Under the pieces are notes generated by a model that saw only the letters and a program-made list of their open reading frames with translations, did not search any database and was not told the origin of the DNA. A DNA stretch of 63,596 nucleotides, filler included, from Octopus bimaculoides (taxonomy: Eukaryota): the NCBI RefSeq assembly GCF_001194135.2. It is 8 parts of 8 records of this genome, joined end to end, with 100 filler letters (N's around TTAATTAATTAA, not from the genome) between each part and the next. Parts side by side here need not be neighbours in the genome. Positions count along the whole stretch, not along the records: positions 36,193 to 41,738 come from NC_069000.1; positions 41,839 to 53,950 come from NC_068987.1; 6 more parts are not named here. One strand, written 5' to 3'. Positions 39,111 through 51,143 of the stretch are shown piece after piece (within the stretch, counting starts at the first letter, position 1; each line of letters opens with the position of its first letter). The translations under genes and the position numbers were made by a program.

Positions 39111-39326
39111 GAAGGCGCGTGACTCACTGGTTAAGGTATTCGGTTTACGATCGTAACGCGTGAGTTCGATATCCGACCGCGCATTGTGTCCTTGAGTAAG
39201 ACACTTTATTTCACAGTGCTCCATCCCACTCAGCAGGCGACAATGAGTTGTGCCTGTAATTCAAAGGGACAGCAGCCTTGCCACGTTCTGTGTCACACTG
39301 AATCTCTCTGAGAACTACGTTAAGGG
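39111..39326 (+). mobile_element. tRNA-derived SINE sharing its 3' domain with family C
   Basis: Head GGCGCGTGACTCACTGGTTAAGG..GAGTTCGATATCC; middle GTGTCCTTGAGTAAGACACTTT; 3' TGTGCCTGTAATTCAAAGGG..GAGAACTACGTTAAGGG shared with 19725-19785. Confidence 0.7.
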
Positions 39327-39708
39327 GAGGCGTCAGGAGAGTAAAGAGGATGAGACAAAACTTCCATATCTAGTACTATAATCTTTTCCTGAGCGACTTA
39401 AGCAATATGCTGTCTTGCGTTATCATGTAAGATTGTAACAATTAATGCTTATTTTATACCTAAGTACTTAAAAACATTATCCTCAAAATGATCATGTCAA
39501 AAACGCAACAAGATTTCCTTTCCATCTCAATACTTTAATTCCTACAAAGGACACTCTACTCCAAAAGTATACTTTAATCTGAAAATGAAATGCAAACTGG
39601 ATGTAAGCTAAAGGATTTTCCCTCCAAGTCAACCCTAACTCTAGGTGGTGTGAACATCATGTTTTCTAAAGAGTATAGACCTTCAAACGTGTCAATGTGT
39701 TACACGCT

Positions 39709-39875
39709 TATTTCGTCTGTCTTTACGTTCTGAGTTCAAATTCCGCCGAGGTCGACTTTGCCTTCCATCCTTTCAGGGTCGATAAATTAAGTACCAGTTG
39801 CGTACTGGGGTCGACCTAATCGACTGGACCCCGTCCCCAAAAATTTCGGGCCTTGTGCCCAGAGTAGAAAAGAAT
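39709..39875 (+). mobile_element. SINE family A, 5'-truncated
   Basis: Begins TATTTCGTCTGTCTTTACGTTCTGAGTTCAAATTCC and ends AGTAGAAAAGAAT. Confidence 0.9.
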
Positions 39876-40029
39876 GTTTCACGCTTCTCTTCCAAGGCGC
39901 ATCGTTTCTCTGCTGAGCTTCATGTTAGTCAAAGTCCTTTAATTGTTTTAGCTTCTTTCCTCAAAATCTGAAACTCTTTCTTGTTTCTTTTCGCTCTTTG
40001 ATTTGCAGTCCTTAAAGCTTTCTGTCAAT

Positions 40030-40490
40030 TCTCTTTTTCTTTTACTTGTTTCATTCATTTGACTGCGGCCATGCTGCAGCACCACCTTAAAGGGTTTTAG
40101 TCGAATAAATCGACCCCAGAACTTATTCTCTGTAAGCCTAGTACTTATTCTATTGGTTCTCTTTGGTCGAACTGCTAAAGTTACGAGGACATAAGCTTTC
40201 CAACATCGGTTGTCAAGCGGGGGGAGGATAAACATACAACCCCCCCCACACACACACACACACATTTTTGCATAATTTAGACAATAGTTTATTCATCGCA
40301 CCCTGTATGTTTATACATACATACATATATACGACGGGCTTCTTTCTCCTTCCGTCTACCAAATGATGAGGCTTTTGCCAGCCTGGGGCAATAGTAGAAG
40401 ACACTTGCCCAAGGTGCTACGCAGTGGGACTGAACCCGGAACCATGTGGTTGGGAAGCAAGCTTCTTCCCACACAGCCACGCCTGTGCCT
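40030..40490 (-). mobile_element. SINE family B, full length
   Basis: Both halves plus the internal (CA)n linker are present. Confidence 0.85.
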
Positions 40491-40956
40491 ATCAATCCAC
40501 ATCTTTTGAATTTGTAAAACCCCTTTTTTTCCTTCTTTGTAGTCTTTTGTGTTATAATGGACTGAAGTTTCATCTGAGACGAAACCTTACATTTGTGCCG
40601 CTTTCATCTTCTTCATTTTGTTATTGATATGACATTGAGGTTTAACTGCTGAATATAAAATAATAGATTAGAAATTCAGTTCTTTTCTTTTTCAAGGTCA
40701 GGAAGCTTGCTTCCAAATCAAATGGTTCTGGGTTCAGTCCCAATGCATGGCACCTTGGGCAAGTGTCTTCTATTATAGCCTTAGGATCTTTCTAATTTGG
40801 CGGGCGCCACTTTTTATTTTTTATTTAGTGTGTTTTCTACCGAAACACTTTAAAACTTCGTATACTTGTATATTTTGTCTTATAGAACAGAGAAAAATTT
40901 TTGTATTCGAAGTTATTTCATGTTAAAAGNNNNNNNNNNCAACAACTATCGGCGAA

Positions 40957-41005
40957 GGTTAGGGTTGGGGTTTTAGTGTTAGGGTTCGGGTTTTAGGGTT
41001 AGGGT
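40957..41005 (+). repeat. Short degenerate TTAGGG-like tract
   Basis: GGTTAGGGTTGGGGTTTTAGTGTTAGGGTTCGGGTTTTAGGGTTAGGGT. Confidence 0.7.
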
Positions 41006-42463
41006 GTGTGTGTGTGTGTTTATTACACTTCGTGTCAGTGCTCCCGCACGGCCGCAATCCAATGACTGCCAAACCAGTAAAAGAGTAAGAAAATATGCAG
41101 TTGACTGTGATTCTAGCTCGAACTGAACATCTTGGCTGCACTCCGTGAACCTCTGAACCGGAACAGCAGTCAGACAAGACACATCTTTCTTCGCAGTAGT
41201 AGTAGCAACAGCAACTGCGGCGTCGTCGGCAGTAAACCAGAGAGAAAGAGAAAGAAAAAAAGAGTGGTGAGAGAGAGAGAATGAGAGAGGTTTATTATAC
41301 ACGTACGTATTGCAAGAATACCGACCCTGCTGATTCACACTTCTCGAAGAAATAAATAGATAAATAAATAAGTAAATAAATGTGCGTTTGTGTGTGTGTG
41401 TAAATAAATAAAAAGATTTGCTATCTAAACAGGCTTTCTTCTATCTTTATCTCTTTCACGCTTCCTACTTCCACTGAGAGACATGCAGTGTGTAGTAAAA
41501 GTGTTGCGTACGTAATGAGTGAGGGGGGAGGGATAGGCGAGAACTGGCGGCGGTGGTGGTGGTGGTGGTGATAGTACTGATGTTGATGGTGGTAGTGGTG
41601 GTGGTGGTGGTGGCGATGGTCGCCGTGGTCGTGGTGATGAAGGCAATGAGCGTGATGGTGGTGGTAACGGTTGTAATAAGGATGATGGTGTAAAATTGTT
41701 GTTGTTGTTGGTGGTGGTGGTGATGATGATGGTGTAGANNNNNNNNNNNNNNNNNNNNNNNNNNNNNNNNNNNNNNNNNNNNTTAATTAATTAANNNNNN
41801 NNNNNNNNNNNNNNNNNNNNNNNNNNNNNNNNNNNNNNTATACAGAATTAAATTTGAAAAAACAATTACGAACAAGTAATTATTATAGACAAATTTCTCT
41901 ATTTACATAATATCGAGGTTTCATTCATTCTTATTTTGTAATTTATTATTTTTATTAATATATACATATATGTGCGTAGATTGCCAAATTGATACCGATA
42001 GAGACGTACGTACAATCGCGATTTATGCATAAATTTCTAAGCTGATTTAAGTGTGCAAATATTTCGATATGTCGTAGAAGGAATAGTATTAAGAATAGAT
42101 ATTCACATCACAGCCTAGATATATACAGTATCCTATATCCAATTAGTGATATCCCCAATGGTATGTAGAGATCTTAAAGCAATAAAGCAAATGCTATGAA
42201 ATATAAATTCAATGTAATACAATAAATCGTAACAAAAATATCGAAGTTCAGATGTATTCTTACTTTAGATGAATGAGTAGTAGCACTGGTAGTAGTTAAT
42301 AATAATCAATATTAATCCGTCAGATAAATTAGAATAAGTAAGTGTGAACAGTTGATTAAATTTTCATAAGTATGGTCAGCTGAATGATTATCGATGTATT
42401 AACATGAAGCAATACGAAATTACTGGATCCTATTTGAAATCAATAATATTCTTAATGCTATTA

Positions 42464-42699
42464 CAGGTACAACATCGATTTTCCGGAACCTTTCCGGATT
42501 ACTGATTTTTCCAAACCAAGGGTGGTCACCTCGGTTAATACACTCTAAATTAATCAAACTTTCCTTAATCATTGACTTTCCTTAATCATTGACTTTCCTT
42601 AAATAATTAAATGAAATACAGGTTCCCATACATTAGCGTAAATTAGAAGGGATTAGAAATTCCGGAATATCAGTGACCGGAAATTCGGTGTTGTTCTTG
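42464..42699. mobile_element. Tc1/mariner-pogo (Tigger-like) MITE
   Basis: TA|CAGGTACAACATCGATTTTCCGG ... CCGGAAATTCGGTGTTGTTCTTG|TA: ~23-bp imperfect TIRs, TA flanks, internal 17-bp tandem ACTTTCCTTAATCATTG. Confidence 0.65.
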
Positions 42700-42720
42700 T
42701 ATTAATATTTGCATGTAAAT

Positions 42721-43121
42721 TAAGGCGACGAACTGGCAGAATCGTTAGCACACCGGGAATGCGGCATTTCGTACCATTTTACGTTCTGAGTTCAAATTCC
42801 GCCTAGGATGACTTTGCCTTTCATACTTTCGAGGTCGATAAAATAAGTACCAGTTACGCACTGGGTCGATGTGTTCGATATAATCCCTTTGTCTGTCTCA
42901 GTTTGCCCTCTTTATATTTAGCCCCCTGTGGGCAATACAGAAATAAATATTTAGCGGTATTTCCTACTATTTTACGCTCTGAGTTCAATTTCCGCCGAGG
43001 TCGACTCTGCCTTTAATCATTTCGGAATCAACTGGGGTTGACATAATCGATTTACCCGCTCGCCCCAAATTGCTGGTCTTGTGCCTTTAGTAGAAAAGAT
43101 TAATATTATTAATATTATTAA

Positions 43122-43169
<48 letters not shown>

Positions 43170-43381
43170 GGCGACAAGGTGACAGAATCGTTAGCACGGG
43201 AGCAAAATGCTTAGTAGCATTACGTCCGTCTAAACAATCTGAGTTCAAATTCCGCCGAGGCCGACTTTGCATTTCATACTTTCGAGATCGATAATATAAG
43301 TACCACTTGAATACAGAAATCGATGTAATCGACTTACACATTCCACGAAATTGCTGGCCTTGTGCAAAAATGTGAAACCAA
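42721..43381 (+). mobile_element. Chain of three SINE family A copies (42721-42947, 42950-43098 plus (ATT)n, 43168-43381)
   Basis: Three successive B-box GAGTTCAA(A/T)TTCC cores in the same orientation. Confidence 0.9.
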
Positions 43382-43506
43382 TATTTGTAAGTAGATTTGG
43401 AATATAACCACTTATATATACATAAGCACAAATTGCCTGTAATTAGTAATGTAGTACATTTAGTGGAGACCAATATAAATGATTAAAATCATTAAAGACA
43501 CACACA

Positions 43507-43551
<45 letters not shown>

Positions 43552-43672
43552 ACATACACATATATATATAATGTATATATATATTTATATATATATATAT
43601 ATATACGTGTATATATANNNNNNNNNNNNNNNNNNNNNNNNNATATATATATATATATTGCTTATATGTATG

Positions 43673-43719
<47 letters not shown>

Positions 43720-45283
43720 CTATCTGTCTACCATTGCAATGCAACATGTATATAATACTATCGTATTGCATTCTAACACTGATCATAATTATACTCTGCG
43801 TATAATGTGTAATAATTAAAAGTCAGTTCATACTTCCATTCAATTATATATTCGTTCCTTTTATTTGATGGAATTCGATTCCATCCTCTAATCTGTTCCC
43901 TTAGACTTTCATATTGAACATATTTTCATGCAAGAGATTTTGATTGCCTAGGGTTTGAATTTAAATGTTGGAGCACTTCAAAGCATTTCTAACAAAATGT
44001 AATACTTTTAATGAATTCAAATTTTGGCAGGGGAACACTAGGAATATTTCTATCGCTGAGGCATCGAAAATCTTATTGAATGATGGGAGAAAGTCGTAAA
44101 CTACAACGGAGAGCATATTATTGATTAATTTTTTGTAGTTGTTTTTTTTTTGTTTAAAATAAATTTGAAAAGAACGCTTATGAATTATTCCTCAACTCAA
44201 TACAAAATAATTTGAACGGAGCAATAGCTACAAGGTAAATATGTTTATCTTTTTCCCTATGAGTTAAATTTTCTAAATTTGGAGAGATTGTGAATAACTT
44301 GAAGAACACAAGATGAAACTAGTGACAGATGAAAGAAGTTTCATTACGTATAACACAGAGTGTAAAAGAAATTAACAGTCTCAACATAATCAAAGGAATG
44401 TAATATTTCTATTCTAGTCTTAAATTCGAATCGACGTTTCAGGTTTTACTGTAAAAATCCCGAAGGAAGAAGACGAAATCCACGTTTCCCAACGCAAGTT
44501 CATAATTTCCAAATTCTGGTTTGGCGCCTTCGTTAAATTATTACTGTGAATATCGTCAAAATTTTCAGAATAAAAGGCTGGAGAAGCCATCAGAAATTTA
44601 CGAGATCTGATCTAGATTCTTCCTCAACCTACAGAAAATGGTATTATATTTAATACCGAAATGAAAAATGCCAATATTTCTAGATCCGATTTCAGGTATA
44701 AATTACACTTCACAGAGCCGCTTTTCCCGGACGCTCGAATAACTTGAGGAATGTTCAAATAATTTTAATCTCGATTCTGTATTTTAAGAACGGAAGAAAA
44801 TAAATTCCAGACGTTTAACTTCTGGAAAATGTAAGTATTTCTGTTCACCCTTGGTTAAAACAAAAAAATTCAATTTTCAAAACATTTGATTTTTTTTTTT
44901 CATTCAGAATTCGAGAAGAAACTTCTTACGTAATAGTTACAGAAGAGTTTACTCTTAAGGTGTTTAAGACCAGCTGGCAAGAACGGAAGATACCTATCGC
45001 AATTGTTTGTTCTATCTCACCAATCATTTTCACCAAGATTATAAAGTAGATACTGAGAACTGTAAAATGCTACCAGCAAATAATTCTTCAACATCTTTCA
45101 ATACCATCAATATTGAATAAAAATATAGAATTCCGAAGTTAGAGAAAGAAAATTTGACTGCAAATAATAGGCAGGTGTCTAAATGTGCTCACATGTTCAC
45201 ATACGTATTATCAAATATACGTTTGAACATAGATATAACATACACACATATAATTCTACAATATACATACATGTATATACAAT

Positions 45284-45324
<41 letters not shown>

Positions 45325-45528
45325 CCTCTGTATAATAATACCCGATCAAAATGTTGGTTGGTTGGTTGGTTGGTTGATTCCTCTGGTCATGCTTTACATC
45401 ATATAAAGACAAAGATAGATAGAAAGAGAAAAATAAACGAGTAAGGGGCAAGATAAGAATACATATTAGGATTGGTGGCAGGCAATGGGTTAATGAATAC
45501 TACACACCAATGCGCGCGCACACACACA

Positions 45529-47189
45529 ACGAATTTTACGACTGTTACGGTAAAACAATCAAACATCTATTGTATATGGATGATCTAAAGCTATATGCTA
45601 CAAATGATAAACAGCTAGAAATATTACTACCGATAGTGCATGGATTTACCAAAGAAATAAACATGAAATTCGGCTTAGAAAAACGTGCGAAAGCAACAGT
45701 GAAAAGACAAAAAGTAGTTAAGGGTAACATTATCACGGTAGCTAAAGCAAATGAAGCAAGAGAACTAGACCAAAGCCAGGTATACAAATACTTAGGAATC
45801 AGAGAACCAGATACAGTTCAGCACACACAAATGAAAGAGAAGAAAGGAATTCTTTAGACGAGTTAGATTAATCCTTAAAACAGAGCTCAATGCAAAACAC
45901 AAGATAATAGGTATCAACACCCTAGCTAATCCAGTTGTAAATTACAGTCACAATATCCTTAATTGGACTCTATATGAACTTACCAAACTAGTCAGGAATA
46001 CACGTAAAATAATGACAGAATTTAGGATGCACCACCAAAATCTGACATAGAATGTTTATATATACAACGAATTGAGGGTAGTAGAGGCCTTATGCAACTA
46101 GAAAACTATTACAAAATAACCATGGTAGGATTTCGTACAGAAATATCTCATTGAGAAGCAAGGAAAACTGGTTCAAATTGCCGCAAAACACGAACAAAAC
46201 AAAAAACTGTTTTCTGTCTTTAAGGAAGCTCAAAAATACAAGAAAGATGTCATAGAATCTGACATTGTACGGAGAAAGAGGAAACAACAAAAGCTGTAAA
46301 TCAACTGAAACCCAAACTGAAAGTAGTGCAACAAAGTATCAGAATAAAACATTGGGAAGAAAATCCAGTACATGGCAGATACTGCGATAAGCTAAACAGA
46401 AGGTTAATAAACAAAATAAAATCCTAACAATGGTTTAAATGCTGAGGACACAAAGCAGAGACTGAAGGATTTTTAATTGTAACAAAAGATCAAAGCATTA
46501 CCACCAGAAACAGAGAATGAAGAAAAATACAGGTAACTGCAGAGTATGTGGTGATGGCGAAGAAAAATAAATCATTTTGTCTCTGGCTGCCCAATCTTGG
46601 CTAAGGAGGAATATATCCACAGACATGACAGAGTTAGGAATTGTATACATTGGAAGCTAGGCCAACATTATAGAATAGCAAACAGAAAAAAGATGGTATG
46701 GGGACACCCCAGAAAAGGTTTCAGAAAATGACAAATTAACAGGAGATATGCCAATATACACAGATAGAGAAACCTGATATAATTGTCAGAGATCATGAAA
46801 AAAAAAAAAGATGCTTTCTAATCAATGTATCAATACCAACAGATGACGATGTATCTCTAAGAGAAACAGAGAAACGTTCAAATACAATGATCTGGAAATA
46901 GAGTTAACCCGAATGTGGAGCCTAAAAACAGAAGCAATCCCTATAATGATAGTTGCATTTGGTACGATTAAAGAAACATCAAATAATAACATAACCAAAA
47001 CACTACAATTTACGATTAAATACACTTGTGACATAGAAAATAGCACTACTAGGCGCAGCACACACCTACGTAGAGCACATTCAACACAATGAAATTAACT
47101 GCACCACATTAAACCACTGCGCACAACCAAAGCACACAGAGCTGCACTCGATAGTGTAGTGAAAGCACGTGATAAAAATAAGACTACTG

Positions 47190-47244
<55 letters not shown>

Positions 47245-47263
47245 GTAATAATGATAATAATAA
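45529..47263 (+). mobile_element. R4/Dong-clade non-LTR retrotransposon, 5'-truncated and decayed
   Basis: HLLYMDDLKLYA (YMDD 45573-45584), MKFGLEK, YKYLGI, GSRGLMQLE, CRVCG..H..SGCPILAKEEYIHRHDRV, RLE-like FLINVSIP..ETEKRSKY..MWSL, (TAA)n tail from 47192. Confidence 0.9.
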
Positions 47264-47478
47264 TCCTTTCTATTATAGGCGCAAGGCTTGAAGCTTGTGA
47301 GGGGAGAAATAGTCGATTATATCAACCCTGGTAATTTACTGGTACTTATTTTATCGACACTGAGAGGATGAAAGGCAAAGTCGACCTCGGCGAAATTCGA
47401 ACGCAGAATGTAAAGAAGAGTGAAATGCCGATAAGAGTTTTCTTCGATTCGCTAATGGTTCTACCAATTCACTGTCTT
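47264..47478 (-). mobile_element. SINE family A
   Basis: Reverse complement of family A; its (ATT)n tail is the adjacent (TAA)n tract. Confidence 0.8.
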
Positions 47479-47479
47479 G

Positions 47480-47582
47480 ATAAAAACAACAATAAGAGCA
47501 ACAATTACAATAACAACAATAGCAATAATAATAATACTGATAACAATAAAAACAGTAACAACAACAACAACAATGATAATAG

Positions 47583-47651
<69 letters not shown>

Positions 47652-47760
47652 CAACAACAATAACACAATCTTCATCATCAACAACGACAACAACAACAAC
47701 AAAAACAACAACAGCAACAACAACAACAACAACAACAACAATAATAATAATAATAGTAAC

Positions 47761-47803
<43 letters not shown>
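47480..47803. repeat. Compound (AAC)/(AAT)n microsatellite
   Basis: Direct reading. Confidence 0.95.
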
Positions 47804-47805
<2 letters not shown>

Positions 47806-48469
47806 ATTCTGCTTTTGCGAGTTGTATTATGTTGCTCCCTCATAAGATGTATTTTATAGCTGACTGGAATGATGGTGTCGAGTCGCAGAATATAGATTCT
47901 ATTTACTCATTGGCATGAAGCTTAGATCACATGACACATGGCTTCAGAAACTGATATACTGAAACGAACAAACGCAAACGTACATAGGCACATGCACAGA
48001 AACAAATAACCACATAGACGCATACATTGACAAGTCTGTAGCAATGAGTAAGTATAAGGAAAGGAAATGATGTGTGAATTACACCAAAGTCATTTATATT
48101 CTATAGAAAAGAATGGAAGGAATTCCGGAGAGTTATTCTAATGATAAATTGAAACTGATGAAGTAAACGAATTCAGTTTTCCTTAGTTGAACCCAGAAAT
48201 AAACGGCAATAATACTGAAACACTATGTGCCACAGCGGCACTTCTTGACGCCCTACAGCAAAAACGTTAGATTTAAACATGTATTTTATCTTTTATTTTT
48301 TACTTGTTTCAATCATTAATCTGCGATCATGCTAGGGCTGAACGAATACATGGTAGGGCATAAAGATCTCCCACATTTGGAAGCGGTACCGTGGGGACGT
48401 AAACAAAAAGTAGAGACAAGTGACAAGTCTCATTTGGAAGGGTAAAATCTACCATTTTTTTGTATTTGG

Positions 48470-48628
48470 GAGTGGCTGTGTGGTAAGTAGCTTGCTTAAC
48501 AATCACATAGTTCCGGGTTCAGTCCCACTGCGTGGCACCTTGGGCAAGTGTCTTCTACTGTAGCCTCGGGCCGACCAAAGCCTTGTGAGTGGATTTGGTA
48601 GACGGAAACTGAAAGACGCGCTTCGTAT
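48470..48628 (+). mobile_element. SINE family B, 5' half
   Basis: GGAGTGGCTGTGTGGTAAGTAGCTTGC..GGTTCAGTCCCACTGCGTGGCACCTTGGGCAAG. Confidence 0.9.
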
Positions 48629-49052
48629 ATATGTATATATATATGTGTGCGTGCGTGTGTGTGTGTGTGTGTGTGTGTGTTTGTTTGTTTGTGTGCATGT
48701 GTTTTTCTTTAGGATTTNNNNNNNNNNNNNNNNNNNNNNNNNNNNNNNNNNNNNNNNNNNNNNNNNNNNNNNNNNNNNNNNNNNNNNNNNNNNNNNNNNN
48801 NNNNNNNNNNNNNNNNNNNNNNNNNNNNNNNNNNNNNNNNNNNNNNNNNNNNNNNNNNNNNNNNNNNNNNNNNNNNNNNNNNNNNNNNNNNNNNNNNNCA
48901 GAAACATAATAAATTTGTTCTTGGATGGTTGTGTTCTCTTTTTAAACCCATTTCCAATGTGGAAAAACTTCATGCTCCACCCTGTCGTACTTACTTGTTT
49001 TTAAAATATGTTTAATTTCTGCCGGTATTTTTTTTTTTAAATACTACGTGAT

Positions 49053-49090
<38 letters not shown>

Positions 49091-49119
49091 ACACACACAC
49101 ATACACACACACTTACATA

Positions 49120-49280
49120 TATACGACAAGCTATTTTGAGTTTCCGTCAGCTAAAACTATTCTCAAGGCTTTGGTCAACCCGAGATATCGTATAAGACGC
49201 TTGCCCAAGGTGCCATGTAGTGAGACTGACCACGGAAACATGTAGATGGAAAGCAACGTTCATACTAGACAGCCACGCCC
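49120..49280 (-). mobile_element. SINE family B, 5' half (diverged)
   Basis: Reverse complement of the family B head. Confidence 0.7.
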
Positions 49281-49529
49281 TCACCTTCCTATGGGAAAAC
49301 ATCGAGAAAACAAGCACTGGTATTGCACATACCCGCTCGGCCGAATGAAAATTTGCTCTCAATTGAAATTTATTGTAGGAGTCTGACTTTTATCACGTTA
49401 TTTTTCGTTAAAAAAAAAAGAACAGGTGCGATCAGAAAATTTAGTGGGTTGATGTAATTGACTAAAACGATTACCATCTGTATATTGTCATGTGCGCGAA
49501 TGAGAAATGGTCCATTGAAAATACCATCA

Positions 49530-49631
49530 CTCCATCGTTTACGAAGACGTGGAGACCAGTTGACTAGATTTATGGAACAACCTGCACGTGAAATTAACGT
49601 GCAAGTGGCTGAGAACTCCGCAGGCACGCAT
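49530..49631 (-). mobile_element. SINE family C, 3' fragment
   Basis: Reverse complement of GAGTGCTCAGCCACTTGCACGTTAATTTCACG.. Confidence 0.7.
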
Positions 49632-50167
49632 ACCTAAAAAATGTATATACAACAATCATATATGCACTTTAGGTTATTCNNNNNNNNNNNNNNNNNNNNN
49701 NNNNNNNNNNNNNNNNNNNNNNNNNNNNNNNNNNNNNNNNNNNNNNNNNNNNNNNNNNNNNNNNNNNNNNNNNNNNNNNNNNNNNNNNNNNNNNNNNNNN
49801 NNNNNNNNNNNNNNNNNNNNNNNNNNNNNNNNNNNNNNNNNNNNNNNNNNNNNNNNNNNNNNNNNNNNNNNNNNNNNNNNNNNNNNNNNNNNNNNNNNNN
49901 NNNNNNNNNNNNNNNNNNNNNNNNNNNNNNNNNNNNNNNNNNNNNNNNNNNNNNNNNNNNNNNNNNNNNNNNNNNNNNNNNNNNNNNNNNNNNNNNNNNN
50001 NNNNNNNNNNNNNNNNNNNNNNNNNNNNNNNNNNNNNNNNNNNNNNNNNNNNNNNNNNNNNNNNNNNNNNNNNNNNNNNNNNNNNNNNNNNNNNNNNNNN
50101 NNNNNNNNNNNNNNNNNNNNNNNNNNNNNNNNNNNNNNNNNNNNNATATATATATATATATACATAT

Positions 50168-50325
50168 ATACGACGGGCTTCTTTCAGTTTCCGTCTACCA
50201 AATCCACTCACAAGGCTTTGGTCGGCCCGAGGCTATAGTAGAAGTCACTTGCCCAAGGTGTCACGCAGTAGGACTGAACCCGGAACCATGTGGTTGGTAA
50301 AGAAGCTACTTACCACACAGCCATC
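50168..50325 (-). mobile_element. SINE family B, 5' half next to a (TA)n gap
   Basis: ACGACGGGCTTCTTTCAGTTTCCGTCTACCAAATCCACTCACAAGGC..TTACCACACAGCCA. Confidence 0.9.
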
Positions 50326-51083
50326 CTACCTTAACAATTTCTAAATGTACCCTTGATTTTGAGGTGTATTGTAATAGCAAAGACTGGAATTTCTAGTCGT
50401 CCTTGATTTAAATCAGCCATAGTGTTCTATGCATCTCGTTTCTACTCTTAATATTTTCAAATTGCATTTTGAAATGTTTTAGTAAACAATTTACAGTGTG
50501 AAATGGAAACTTTAAGTCGAATACGGTTCACAGTACACATCTGAGCCAATGAATGCAGCAACAACTCCATTACTTTTAAGATACTTAATGGCTAAACTGT
50601 AAGGAAGAAATCTCCTGAGGGGATCGTAGTAGATGAAAGTAAGTTAAATTACATACCTTTACCGTACAACTTAGCTTTTACTATCTACACTGATTTCTAG
50701 AATTGAGAAGTAGTAACCGAGATATTTAAAGAGAAAGAGAGAAATGGGGATAACGAAAAAGGGAGAGAGAGAGTGGGGGGATGTATGTATGACGAAAATA
50801 GGCAGAGTTAGAGTGTGAGCTGCAAATTTTCAAGAAGTGTGCGTAGAGTTGTTTTCGCTGCGTTTTGAAGATGTTTCTGTCATAATGACAAACTTTCCTA
50901 AACACATTATTGGCTTTCAGCCCAATTCCATTCAGCCGCTAACTTCAGGGACTTTTAGAAGACGGAACCCAATTATCCCAATAGGCATTAAGAGCTTTTC
51001 ATCTTTCATTTAAAACAACATGTACTTACGTTACTCCAAACGCTTATTTACCTTTTCAAAATAGCTTTCTTTTACACACACAT

Positions 51084-51143
<60 letters not shown>

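Noticed and set aside
40979-41338. CpG-rich minus-strand ORF (FTADDAAVAVATTTAKKDVSC...)
   Set aside because: Overlaps a SINE tail and simple repeats; no convincing splice donor or known domain.
42721-43381. Regularly spaced repeats resembling a CRISPR array or tRNA gene cluster
   Set aside because: The units are 150-230-bp diverged SINEs without constant repeat/spacer lengths or a complete cloverleaf; eukaryotic context with no cas genes.
44400-44830. Possible mariner-like or spliced gene remnant
   Set aside because: Only vague peptide resemblance, with stops in all frames; cannot be supported.
47351-47859. Poly-N, poly-Y and poly-I ORFs
   Set aside because: (AAT)/(AAC)n repeats plus SINE sequence.
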